From Sphingomonadales bacterium (GTDB lineage Bacteria > Pseudomonadota > Alphaproteobacteria > Sphingomonadales > CAKZYD01): a DNA stretch of 40,562 nt. Under the pieces are notes generated by a model that had not been told where the DNA came from, searched no databases, and was given only the letters and a program-made list of their open reading frames with translations. Positions 10,157-18,656 of this stretch are shown piece by piece (the stretch's first letter is position 1; the number at the start of each line of letters is the position of its first letter). The position numbers and the translations under genes are program-made. Location: assembly GCA_050114795.1 (NCBI GenBank), contig JASFRS010000003.1, positions 1-40,562 of the forward strand. Direction: 5' to 3'.

Positions 10157-11044
10157 TTATTCCAGGTTTTTAACTTGCTCGCGAACCTGCTCAATCACGG
10201 ACTTCAGGTTTAACCCAACCTGTGTCAATTCGCTGCTTGTAGATTTTGAACATAATGTATTGGCTTCACGGAAGAATTCCTGCGCCAGAAAGTCAAATGC
10301 CCGCCCTATGGCCTGATTTGACGTCAATAAATTTCGAGCAGCCTCAACATGGCCTTTCAGTCGGTCCAATTCTTCACGTACATCCGCCTTTGTTGCAAGG
10401 AGAGCAACTTCCTGAGCAATGCGATCTTGATCAATTTGGGCGTGCTCTGCGATCAGTGTAGAGACCTGCTCTTTCAACCGTTCAAGTAATTTCGCAGGTT
10501 GGTCCGCTGCACATGCCTCTGCTTGCGTGATTAAAGCAGCGATTTCATCGACCTGACCGGTTAAAACACCAGCAAGTCGTGCTCCCTCATCACTGCGGGA
10601 ACTATTCAAATCCCGCGCAGCATCTTCCAGGGATTTTCCAAGAGCTGAGGTCAACGCATTTTTAGCTTCATCATCCAAATCAATATTGGAAAATTCAGCA
10701 ACACCTCGCAAAGCTAAAAGGTCCGCGGCCCGCGCCGGTTTAAAATCAAACCGATCCTCAAGCGTTTTTGCAGCCTTCGCATAAGCTTCTAAAACCGCGT
10801 CGTTAATGACTACATTGGCGGCTTGACTGCCCGGATCGAGATTTATGAAAACATTGATATTTCCACGTTGAATGAATTTAGAAAGGTGGTCGCGAACGAC
10901 GGATTCCAGACCTTCAAATACCGCTGGCAATCGGGGCCTTATTTCCAGACCTTTGCCATTAACGGCTTTAAGCTCCACCTTCCAGCTAAGGCCTACTGCT
11001 GCGCCTTCTGAACGGCCATAACCGGTCATGCTTTTTATGGTCAT
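10157..11044 (-). CDS. yicC: YicC/YloC family endoribonuclease
   Basis: N-terminal SMTGYGR, ADVREELDRL, QEFFREANTLCSKS, IEQVREQVKNLE; adjacent to gmk. Confidence 0.93.
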   Translation of the reverse strand: MTIKSMTGYGRSEGAAVGLSWKVELKAVNGKGLEIRPRLPAVFEGLESVVRDHLSKFIQRGNINVFINLDPGSQAANVVINDAVLEAYAKAAKTLEDRFDFKPARAADLLALRGVAEFSNIDLDDEAKNALTSALGKSLEDAARDLNSSRSDEGARLAGVLTGQVDEIAALITQAEACAADQPAKLLERLKEQVSTLIAEHAQIDQDRIAQEVALLATKADVREELDRLKGHVEAARNLLTSNQAIGRAFDFLAQEFFREANTLCSKSTSSELTQVGLNLKSVIEQVREQVKNLE

Positions 11045-12084
11045 TGCGCGACCTCTCTCATTTCCCGACGCCGCTTGGCCTTAATTAGGCGCCATTTACG
11101 TACATTGGCGTTATGCTCCGACAATGTACGCGCAAAAGCGTGGCCACCGTTGCCGTCCGCAACGAAATATAACGCATCAGTCTCTTCCGGTTGCACGGCT
11201 GCGCGCAGCGATTCCACACCCGGATTTGCGATTGGGCCAACAGGTAGGCCCCTTATGCGATAGGTGTTATAAGCTGTGTCGGAATCCAAATCCCGAACGC
11301 TGATGGGTCGATCTAGTCGGCCCTGTGCAATGCCGTAGATAACCGTAGGGTCTGACTGCAGTCTTATATTACGGCGAAGGCGATTGATGAAAACACCTGC
11401 CACAAGGCGGCGCTCTTCAGCTAATCCCGTCTCTTTCTCAATAATCGACGCCAAAATCAATGCATCACGAGGCGTTCCCAAGGGCAGGTCATCTGCACGC
11501 TCCCGCCAGATATTAGCCAAAGCATCACGCATTGCGATCTGCATCCGGGAAATAAGGGACTGACGTTCATCACCACGGGCGAAAAAATAAGTCTCAGGCA
11601 GCAAACTGCCCTCTTCAATCGCCTCTTCCGCAATCGTTCCAGCCAGTCGTTCCTCAGCCTTTAATGCGTCAATCACATCAAGAACAGTTGCACCTTCGGG
11701 AACCGTAAAACGGTGTAATATAACGTCACCCGATTGCAGCAACGCCAGGATATCAGCCATTGAAGCATCTGCAGGAATTTCATACTCACCTGTTTTTATA
11801 GGCTGGCGGTCTTCAAACAAGCGCGCATTCATCCGGAATATGAAGGGATTGGATATAGCACCTTCACGATGGAGCATATAAGCTGCTTGGTTCAAACCCA
11901 TTCCGGGTTCAACAAAGACGACTTTATTTTCGTCCAAAGGACCGTCCGAGATGAAGCCAAGTTTGAGATAACCAAAACTCAGCAGTACCACCGCAATAGT
12001 CACAATGACACCAAGCGCGAAAAGCCGGGACTTTAACCCGGCTTTTGCACGTTTTTTCGTTTTATTATCAGGCGCTTCGCCCAC
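11041..12084 (-). CDS. mltG: Endolytic transglycosylase MltG (YceG)
   Basis: N-terminal TM, LASIIEKET, NRL...LQSDPTVIYG, YNTY...GLPVGPIANPG, LYFVADG; GTG start; fabF-mltG context. Confidence 0.95.
   Translation of the reverse strand: MGEAPDNKTKKRAKAGLKSRLFALGVIVTIAVVLLSFGYLKLGFISDGPLDENKVVFVEPGMGLNQAAYMLHREGAISNPFIFRMNARLFEDRQPIKTGEYEIPADASMADILALLQSGDVILHRFTVPEGATVLDVIDALKAEERLAGTIAEEAIEEGSLLPETYFFARGDERQSLISRMQIAMRDALANIWRERADDLPLGTPRDALILASIIEKETGLAEERRLVAGVFINRLRRNIRLQSDPTVIYGIAQGRLDRPISVRDLDSDTAYNTYRIRGLPVGPIANPGVESLRAAVQPEETDALYFVADGNGGHAFARTLSEHNANVRKWRLIKAKRRREMREVAQ
12020..12046. terminator. Perfect 10-bp inverted repeat (terminator-like) inside the 5' end of mltG
   Basis: AAAAGCCGGG-ACTTTAA-CCCGGCTTTT, about 43 nt downstream of the fabF stop. 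Confidence 0.5.
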
Positions 12085-12088
12085 GATC

Positions 12089-13354
12089 TTAAGCTACCTC
12101 TTTAAAGATAACACTCGCATTTGTGCCACCAAAGCCAAAGGAATTTGACAGCGCTGCACGCACTTCCCGCTCCTTCGCCTTTAACGGCACGAGATCAATA
12201 CCATCACAGCCTTCACTTGGATTTTCCAAGTTCAAAGTTGGCGGAACAATATTATCACGGATAGACAAAATGGAGAAAATCGCTTCCACGGCACCTGCAG
12301 CACCCAGCAAATGTCCAATCGCCGACTTTGTCGAAGACATGGACACCGTATTTGCTGCATTACCCAGTAAGCGTTTAACAGCGCCAAGCTCAATCTCATC
12401 ACCCTTCGGCGTAGATGTGCCGTGAGCATTGATATAATCGAGATCAGATGGGTTCATTTCTGCTGATTTCATCGCAGCTAACATTGACCGATAGGCACCA
12501 TCGCCATCTTCAGCCGGAGCTGTGACATGATAGGCATCACCGGACATGCCGTAGCCAACGACTTCCGCGTAGATTTTTGCGCCGCGTTTCTTCGCATGTT
12601 CATATTCTTCTAGAACAACAACACCGGCACCCTCACCCATAACAAAGCCATCACGACCTACATCCCATGGACGGGATGCCGTATGCGGTGCATCATTATA
12701 AGATGTGGAAAGCGCTTTCGCCTGAGCAAATCCGGCAATGCCGATCGGGCAGATGGCGCCTTCAGCGCCGCCTGCAACCATGACATCAGCATCACCCCAC
12801 TTAATCAGCCGTGCCGCATCACCAATTGCGTGCGCTCCGGTTGAGCACGCCGTTACAACAGCGTGGTTCGGACCTTTTAAGCCATAGCGGATGGAGACTT
12901 GGCCTGAAACCAGGTTGATCAAACGCCCTGTAATAAAGAACGGGCTAACACGGCGTGGACCACGCTCATGTAAAATGATTGAGGCCTCTTCAATGCCTGG
13001 TAATCCACCAATGCCGGAACCAATCATCACACCGGCGCGAAGCTTTTCTTCTTCGCTCAAATCGGTCAGGCCGGCATCGGCCATCGCTTTATCCGCAGCC
13101 CCCATGCCGTAAACGATGAAAGGGTCAACCTTGCGAATTTCTTTGGCAGCCATATGCGCTTCAGCATCATATGTGCCATTGGTCCCATCACCCGGTTTTA
13201 CCTCGCAGGCAATGGTGCAAGCCATATTACTTGCGTCGAAACGTGTGATTTGGCCCGCACCAGATTTTCCTGCTAACAGGCTCGACCATATTTCTTCAAC
13301 ATCCGCACCCAAGGGAGTGACTGCACCCAGCCCTGTTACGACAACACGCCGCAT
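12089..13354 (-). CDS. fabF: Beta-ketoacyl-ACP synthase II
   Basis: MRRVVVTGLG, TACSTG (catalytic Cys), INAHGTST, KSAIGHLLGAAG, SNSFGFGGTN. Confidence 0.98.
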   Translation of the reverse strand: MRRVVVTGLGAVTPLGADVEEIWSSLLAGKSGAGQITRFDASNMACTIACEVKPGDGTNGTYDAEAHMAAKEIRKVDPFIVYGMGAADKAMADAGLTDLSEEEKLRAGVMIGSGIGGLPGIEEASIILHERGPRRVSPFFITGRLINLVSGQVSIRYGLKGPNHAVVTACSTGAHAIGDAARLIKWGDADVMVAGGAEGAICPIGIAGFAQAKALSTSYNDAPHTASRPWDVGRDGFVMGEGAGVVVLEEYEHAKKRGAKIYAEVVGYGMSGDAYHVTAPAEDGDGAYRSMLAAMKSAEMNPSDLDYINAHGTSTPKGDEIELGAVKRLLGNAANTVSMSSTKSAIGHLLGAAGAVEAIFSILSIRDNIVPPTLNLENPSEGCDGIDLVPLKAKEREVRAALSNSFGFGGTNASVIFKEVA

Positions 13355-13416
13355 AAGCCTTCTCTCCTATTCGAGATTTCCCAAATACGCCCCAATTACC
13401 CCAGCAAACACATTTG

Positions 13417-13452
13417 AAAAAGCACGAGGCGCTGTTCAAGCACAGCGCCTCG
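13417..13452 (-). terminator. Intrinsic terminator downstream of acpP
   Basis: Perfect 11-bp stem CGAGGCGCTGT / ACAGCGCCTCG (13425-13452) with a 6-nt loop, followed on the - strand by TGCTTTTT. Confidence 0.75.
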
Positions 13453-13483
13453 CCATATTTTTTCGACCAAGACGCCTAATGAA

Positions 13484-13720
13484 TTAGGAAGCGTTTTCTT
13501 GGATAAAATCGATCGCATCCTTAACGGTCAGGATCTTTTCTGCCGCATCATCGGGAATTTCGACGCCGAATTCTTCTTCAAACGCCATCACCAATTCAAC
13601 GGTGTCCAGGCTGTCTGCGCCTAAATCGTCGATAAAGCTGGCGGTATCTGTCACTTTGGACTCATCAACGCCCAGATGTTCGACCACAATTTTCTTTACG
13701 GTAGCCGCTGTGTCGCTCAT
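13484..13720 (-). CDS. acpP: Acyl carrier protein
   Basis: [20 protein letters not shown] phosphopantetheine-site motif. Confidence 0.99.
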   Translation of the reverse strand: MSDTAATVKKIVVEHLGVDESKVTDTASFIDDLGADSLDTVELVMAFEEEFGVEIPDDAAEKILTVKDAIDFIQENAS

Positions 13721-13790
13721 TCGTTTAATTCCTCAAAGCTTCTTGCCACAAATCTTGCTCTTTCCCCCCTGTAAGGGTCAAGTCGGTGAC

Positions 13791-13819
13791 TGCCTAGTCC
13801 TTTTTGCGCACGAGGCCAA
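13791..13819 (-). promoter_or_regulatory. Candidate acpP promoter
   Basis: Minus strand TTGGCC-17 bp-TAGGCA (alphaproteobacterial-style -10 lacking the last T) in the fabG-acpP gap. Confidence 0.4.
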
Positions 13820-13842
13820 GCGTTTTTTGACCCCGTCACTTT

Positions 13843-14583
13843 TTATAGCATGGCCATTCCGCCGTTAACATGCAAGGTCTGACCTGTAATATAGCCTGCT
13901 TCATCGCTTGCTAAAAATAATGTGGCAGCAGCCACATCCGCGCCTGAACCAAGCTTTCCAGCGGGTATTGCACCCAGTAAAGCTTCTTTTTGTGCGTCCG
14001 GTAAAACATCGGTCATCGGCGTTTCAATAAAGCCTGGGGCTACACAATTCACAGTTATATTCCGACTTGCGACCTCTTGGGCCAGCGATTTGGACATACC
14101 AACCAGGCCCGCTTTGGCGGCAGCATAATTGGTTTGACCCGGATTGCCCGTCGCCCCGACCACAGAAGTGATAGAGATTATACGGCCAAAACGGTTTTTC
14201 ATCATTGGCCGTAAAGAGGCTTTAGCTAAACGGAAAGCGGCGGTCAAATTTACGTCCAAAACGGCCTGCCATTCTTCATCCTTCATCCGCATGGCTAGAT
14301 TATCACGTGTGATTCCCGCATTATTTACGAGAATATCAATGCCACCCATAGCTTCAACTGCCTGCGGGACAAGTTGATCAACAGCCGCCAGATCAGACAA
14401 ATTACAAGGCAGACAATGAACGCCCTCACTGCCCAACTCATCCGCCAGTGCCTGAAGCTTTTCTTCACGGGTACCTGAAATCGCAACAATCGCGCCATGG
14501 GACTTTAATGCGCGGGCTATGTCCCCGCCGATTCCCCCTGTTGCTCCTGTTACCAGGGCGCGTTTGCCTGAAAGGTCAAACAT
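13843..14583 (-). CDS. fabG: 3-oxoacyl-ACP reductase
   Basis: TGATGGIG, NNAGITRD, NYAAAKAG, VAPGFIETPMT, GQTLHVNGGM; fab operon context. Confidence 0.97.
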   Translation of the reverse strand: MFDLSGKRALVTGATGGIGGDIARALKSHGAIVAISGTREEKLQALADELGSEGVHCLPCNLSDLAAVDQLVPQAVEAMGGIDILVNNAGITRDNLAMRMKDEEWQAVLDVNLTAAFRLAKASLRPMMKNRFGRIISITSVVGATGNPGQTNYAAAKAGLVGMSKSLAQEVASRNITVNCVAPGFIETPMTDVLPDAQKEALLGAIPAGKLGSGADVAAATLFLASDEAGYITGQTLHVNGGMAML

Positions 14584-14594
14584 TCTAATGCTCC

Positions 14595-15539
14595 TTAAGA
14601 AATAGATTCTGCAAAACTATCGATTGAGGCCATATCGCCGATGGCCGAGCCGGAAAGTGAACGATCTATACGCCGCGTCAGCCCACTTAAAACTTTACCT
14701 GCGCCAAGTTCGACCAAATCGGTCACGCCAAACTCTGCCAGTCGCATAACGCTTTCCCGCCAACGCACAGACCCTGTGACTTGGTTCACCAACAAATCTC
14801 TGATTTGATCAGGGTCTTCGACCTTATCTGCGGTCACATTAGCAATTAGGGGCACAACTGGTGCGGATATAGTGGCATCAGCCAATGCATCCCTCATTTC
14901 ATCAGCCGCAGGCTGCATCAAGGGGCAATGGAATGGCGCACTAACGGGAAGCAAAACAGCGCGTTTTGCGCCCTTTTCCTTCGCCAGTTCCGTCGCCTTC
15001 TCAACCGCATCCTTATGACCTGACACCACGACCTGGCCCGGTGCATTATCGTTGGCAGAGGTGCAAACACGCCCGCCTTGCGCCGCAGCTTCAGCGATTT
15101 CCTGCGCGTCAGCAAAATCCAGACCTAATAAAGCTGCCATCGCACCTTCTCCAACAGGAACAGCACGCTGCATGGCCTGACCGCGCAGTCTTAAAAGACG
15201 CGCCGTGTCTGCAATGCTGAGAGACCCCGCTGCTGCTAAAGCAGAATATTCGCCCAGGCTATGTCCAGCAACATAGCTGCAATTGTCTTTTAATGGCCCA
15301 ATACGGTCTTCCAGCACCCTTACAACAGCCATAGACACAGCCATGAGTGCGGGTTGCGTATTTTCAGTCAGACGAAGGTCATCTTCCGGTCCGTCAAAAA
15401 TGATTTTAGACAGATGCGCATCCAAGGCATCATCAACCTCTTCAAAGACAAGCCTGGCCTTGGCTTCAGCATCAAATAAATCTTTTCCCATACCAACAAA
15501 CTGGCTGCCCTGGCCTGGAAATACGAAGGCGCGCGTCAT
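14595..15539 (-). CDS. fabD: Malonyl-CoA:ACP transacylase
   Basis: Start trimmed to MTRAFVFPGQGSQ (ATG at 15539); GHSLGEYSAL, VSAPFHC and VRWRES motifs. Confidence 0.97.
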   Translation of the reverse strand: MTRAFVFPGQGSQFVGMGKDLFDAEAKARLVFEEVDDALDAHLSKIIFDGPEDDLRLTENTQPALMAVSMAVVRVLEDRIGPLKDNCSYVAGHSLGEYSALAAAGSLSIADTARLLRLRGQAMQRAVPVGEGAMAALLGLDFADAQEIAEAAAQGGRVCTSANDNAPGQVVVSGHKDAVEKATELAKEKGAKRAVLLPVSAPFHCPLMQPAADEMRDALADATISAPVVPLIANVTADKVEDPDQIRDLLVNQVTGSVRWRESVMRLAEFGVTDLVELGAGKVLSGLTRRIDRSLSGSAIGDMASIDSFAESIS

Positions 15540-15612
15540 GATTAAAATCCCCATTCGGCAAATTACTGAAATCGCCCCCTGCTTATAGGCTTTTTTACCC
15601 GTGAACAAGCGC

Positions 15613-15640
15613 TTGCCTTTATATTGAAAATCACTATAGT
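15613..15640 (+). promoter_or_regulatory. Candidate rpsF operon promoter
   Basis: TTGCCT-16 bp-TATAGT followed by a GC-rich discriminator (GCGCC), the layout typical of stringently controlled ribosomal promoters. Confidence 0.6.
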
Positions 15641-15643
15641 GCG

Positions 15644-15739
15644 CCTCCTCAGCGGCAGGCTATGCCTGTTGCATGGAAGTTTAGTTGGATCCAGCTGTTT
15701 CAAACACAAGAGGTTCGACGTTATATAGAGGAGACGGAC
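15644..15739 (+). promoter_or_regulatory. Structured 5' leader of rpsF-rpsR-rplI (candidate ribosomal-protein autoregulatory leader)
   Basis: Hairpin GCGGCAGGC-TAT-GCCTGTTGC (15652-15672), a second weaker stem TAGTTG/CAGCTG, and CTCCTC (15645-15650) complementary to the SD GAGGAG (15728-15733). Confidence 0.4.
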
Positions 15740-16102
15740 ATGCCGCTTTATGAGCATGTATTTCTGGCGCGCCAGGATATCCAAACGGCGCAGGTCGATG
15801 CCATTTCGGCCGAAATCACCGCCACCATTGAAGAAATGGGCGGAAAAGTCACAAAAACCGAATATTGGGGTTTGAAAAACCTCGCTTACCGGATCAAGAA
15901 GAATCGTAAAGCGCATTATGTGCTTTTGAATGTTGATGCCCCTGCTGCAGCTCTGCATGAGGTTGAGCGCAAGGAACGCATCCATGATGATGTTCTTCGT
16001 GCCATGACCATTCGGGTCGAAGAATTGGAAGAAGGTCCAAGCGCGATGCTTCGTGCCAAAGACCAGAAAGACAAGCGCGGTGACCGCGGTCGTCGTCGTT
16101 AA
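15740..16102 (+). CDS. rpsF: 30S ribosomal protein S6
   Basis: Start trimmed to [13 protein letters not shown] after the GAGGAG SD; [20 protein letters not shown]. Confidence 0.98.
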   Translation: MPLYEHVFLARQDIQTAQVDAISAEITATIEEMGGKVTKTEYWGLKNLAYRIKKNRKAHYVLLNVDAPAAALHEVERKERIHDDVLRAMTIRVEELEEGPSAMLRAKDQKDKRGDRGRRR

Positions 16103-16128
16103 TTAGAGCAGGTTAGAGGAGAATACCC

Positions 16129-16353
16129 ATGCGTAAGCCATTCTGGCGTCGTCGTAAGAGCTGCCCTTTCACTGCTCCGGACGCACCGAAAATTGATTAT
16201 AAAGACGTACGTTTGTTGCAGGGCTTTGTGTCCGAACGCGGCAAAATCGTCCCAAGCCGGATCACAGCCGTATCCGCTAAACATCAACGTGAACTTGCCC
16301 GCGCAATCAAACGCGCTCGGCATCTGGGCCTGCTGCCCTATGTGGTCAGCTAA
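16129..16353 (+). CDS. rpsR: 30S ribosomal protein S18
   Basis: RRRKSCPF...IDYKD...[12 protein letters not shown]...AIKRAR..LLPY. Confidence 0.99.
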   Translation: MRKPFWRRRKSCPFTAPDAPKIDYKDVRLLQGFVSERGKIVPSRITAVSAKHQRELARAIKRARHLGLLPYVVS

Positions 16354-16373
16354 GGCGTCGAGGAGAACAGATC

Positions 16374-17009
16374 ATGCAAGTTATTCTGCTTGAACGTGTC
16401 GAAAAACTCGGCCAGATGGGCGATGAAGTCACGGTAAAACCCGGCTTTGCCCGCAATTTCCTTCTGCCTCGTGGTAAAGCGCTGCGTGCCAATGATGCCA
16501 ATCGTGCATTATTCGAAAGCCGCCGTGCAGAAATCGAAGCGGAAAATCTGAAACGCCGTGAAGAAGCGGAAGCTGTTGCCAAGAAGATCGAAGGCAAAAA
16601 AGCTGTTCTGCTGCGTCAAGCTGGCGATACCGGTCAACTTTACGGTTCCGTATCCACACGCGACGTGGCTGAAGCTTTGGAACAAGATGGTGTTAAAATC
16701 CTGCGCTCTCAAGTGCAGTTGGACCGCCCGATCAAAGCTTTAGGTCTGCACGAAGTGCGCGTGTCCTTGCACCCGGAAGTCATCATCACCATTTCCGTTA
16801 ACGTTGCGCGCTCCGCTGAGGAAGCTGAGCTTCAAGAAAGCGGCGTTGATATGACTTTGACGGTCTTTGAACGCGAAGAGCTTGCTGCAAAAGCTGAAGC
16901 GGAAGCTGCCGAAGCAGCGGCAGCGGAAGAAGCTGAAGCCGCCGCGGCTGAAGAAGCAGCTGAAGCTGAAGTCGCTGAAGAAAACAGCGAAGAAGAAGCT
17001 TCTAACTAA
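16374..17009 (+). CDS. rplI: 50S ribosomal protein L9 with acidic Ala/Glu-rich tail
   Basis: [13 protein letters not shown]...[31 protein letters not shown]. Confidence 0.98.
   Translation: MQVILLERVEKLGQMGDEVTVKPGFARNFLLPRGKALRANDANRALFESRRAEIEAENLKRREEAEAVAKKIEGKKAVLLRQAGDTGQLYGSVSTRDVAEALEQDGVKILRSQVQLDRPIKALGLHEVRVSLHPEVIITISVNVARSAEEAELQESGVDMTLTVFEREELAAKAEAEAAEAAAAEEAEAAAAEEAAEAEVAEENSEEEASN
16884..17000 (+). repeat. Low-complexity GAAGCN coding repeat (EAAAAEEA twice within the Ala/Glu tail of L9)
   Basis: Imperfect tandem 24-nt units at 16911-16934 and 16935-16958 within many GAAGCN repeats. Confidence 0.7.
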
Positions 17010-17033
17010 GCAAAAGCTTCCAAAGAATAAGAG

Positions 17034-17067
17034 CGGCGGGTGAGCATAAGCTCCCTGCCGTTTTTTT
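17034..17067 (+). terminator. Intrinsic terminator after rplI
   Basis: CGGCGGG(T)GAGC-ATAA-GCTCCCTGCCG stem followed by T7. Confidence 0.85.
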
Positions 17068-17109
17068 ATCCACTTTTCCCTTGGCCTTCACTACGACCTG
17101 CTTCTAAGA
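17066..17109 (+). promoter_or_regulatory. Candidate dnaB promoter with an upstream DnaA-box-like site
   Basis: TTATCCACT (8/9 match to TTATCCACA) at 17066-17074, then TTGGCC-18 bp-TAAGAT at 17081-17109. Confidence 0.35.
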
Positions 17110-17136
17110 TGACCAACCCGGGAGAGATATCAAAAT

Positions 17137-18648
17137 ATGTGCGCGACAAGACCAGATTTTTTAGACGACACGGATACGCAGGAGGAAGGTTCCTTCCGAA
17201 AGCCGCCGCATAATCTGGAAGCGGAACAAGCTGTCCTTGGCGCTATTCTGGTGAATAATGAGGCTTTGGATAAAGTTCTCTCTTTTCTCGACCCTGAGCA
17301 TTTTTTTGAGCCCGTTCATGGGCGCATTTTTGAAACCATCATTAAATTACGGGAAAAGCTTCAAGCCGCGACACCAATAACGCTGAGACCATTTTTTGAA
17401 AAAGACGAAGCTCTTCAGGAAGTCGGTGGTGCGCAGGGTTATCTCGCCCGTCTCGCCGGTGCCGCCATTACCATTATTAACGTGGAAGACTATGGCCGCC
17501 TGATTGTCGATCTGGCAGACCGTCGGGCCATCATTCGCCTTGGTGAAACGATGGTGATTGATGCCTATGAAGCGGACGTTGATGAAAGCGCTCAACAGCA
17601 GATTGAGGCCGCAGAACAATCGCTGTTCAATCTATCCAACCGGCGCTCCGCCGAAGGTGGCTTTGTCGCTTTTTCTCATGCATTGACTGATGCTGTGCAA
17701 ATTATCGATCGAGCGCGGAAACAAGACGGTATCTCCGGTAAAACAACCGGCATGCTGTCCCTCGACAGGAAGATGGCTGGCCTGCAGGACAGTGACTTGA
17801 TTATCCTTGCTGGCCGACCTGGCATGGGTAAGACCGCGCTGGCCACCAACATCGGCTTTAAAGCAGCGCAGACTTTAAGACGAGATAAATTAGCGGGTTT
17901 GCAGCCTGAGCATTCAAAAGGGGCGGTAGTTGGCTTCTTCTCTCTTGAAATGTCCGCAGACCAGTTGGCAACACGTATTTTGGCCCAGGAATCGGGTGTA
18001 AGTTCAGAAGACTTACGTAAAGGCACATTAAGCGACGATGAATTCCGGCGTGTCGCAAGGGCATCCTCGGAATTATCCGACCTACCCTTCTTCATTGACG
18101 ACACGCCAGGCCTGTCCATTGCAGCTTTACGCGCACGAGCAAGACGACTGCATAGGCGACACGGCCTAGGTCTCATTATTGTCGATTACCTGCAGCTCCT
18201 CAGCGCAGACGGAGGCAAAGGTCGCGGCCCAGAAAACCGGGTTCAGGAAATTTCTGAAATCAGTCGATCCTTAAAAGGCATCGCAAAATCCCTGCGCGTT
18301 CCAGTGATGGCGCTATCACAATTATCGCGTTCCGTTGAACAACGCGAAGACAAACGGCCGCAACTTTCGGATTTGAGGGAATCAGGCTCTATCGAACAGG
18401 ACGCGGATATCGTGATGTTCGTTTACCGGGAAGAATATTATCACGCCCGGAAGAAACCCGACGAATCAGATGCAGGCTTTGCAGAATGGCAGGCTAAGGC
18501 CATTGATATTGAAGGTCGGGCGCTTGTCGACATTGCCAAAAACCGTCATGGTTCAACTGGTTTTGCGCCCTTACGCTTCATCGCCGAAAGCACGAAATTC
18601 GAAGACCCGCCACCTTCAGACAATTCTCTACCTGACCAAACCATCTGA
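17137..18648 (+). CDS. dnaB: Replicative DNA helicase
   Basis: PPHNLEAEQAVLGAIL, AGRPGMGKT, FFSLEMS, IIVDYLQL, LSQLSR, DLRESGSIEQDAD, AKNRHG; no intein-sized insertion. Confidence 0.98.
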   Translation: MCATRPDFLDDTDTQEEGSFRKPPHNLEAEQAVLGAILVNNEALDKVLSFLDPEHFFEPVHGRIFETIIKLREKLQAATPITLRPFFEKDEALQEVGGAQGYLARLAGAAITIINVEDYGRLIVDLADRRAIIRLGETMVIDAYEADVDESAQQQIEAAEQSLFNLSNRRSAEGGFVAFSHALTDAVQIIDRARKQDGISGKTTGMLSLDRKMAGLQDSDLIILAGRPGMGKTALATNIGFKAAQTLRRDKLAGLQPEHSKGAVVGFFSLEMSADQLATRILAQESGVSSEDLRKGTLSDDEFRRVARASSELSDLPFFIDDTPGLSIAALRARARRLHRRHGLGLIIVDYLQLLSADGGKGRGPENRVQEISEISRSLKGIAKSLRVPVMALSQLSRSVEQREDKRPQLSDLRESGSIEQDADIVMFVYREEYYHARKKPDESDAGFAEWQAKAIDIEGRALVDIAKNRHGSTGFAPLRFIAESTKFEDPPPSDNSLPDQTI

Positions 18649-18656
18649 CCTGCTTT

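Noticed and set aside
15540-15739. N-terminal extensions of fabD (to 15608) and rpsF (from 15662) in the ORF track
   Set aside because: Conserved N-termini (and a clear SD for rpsF) place the starts at 15539 and 15740; the region is promoter and leader sequence.
17137-18648. Intein in DnaB
   Set aside because: Length (503 aa) is normal and the helicase motifs are contiguous; the only insertion is about 15-20 aa.
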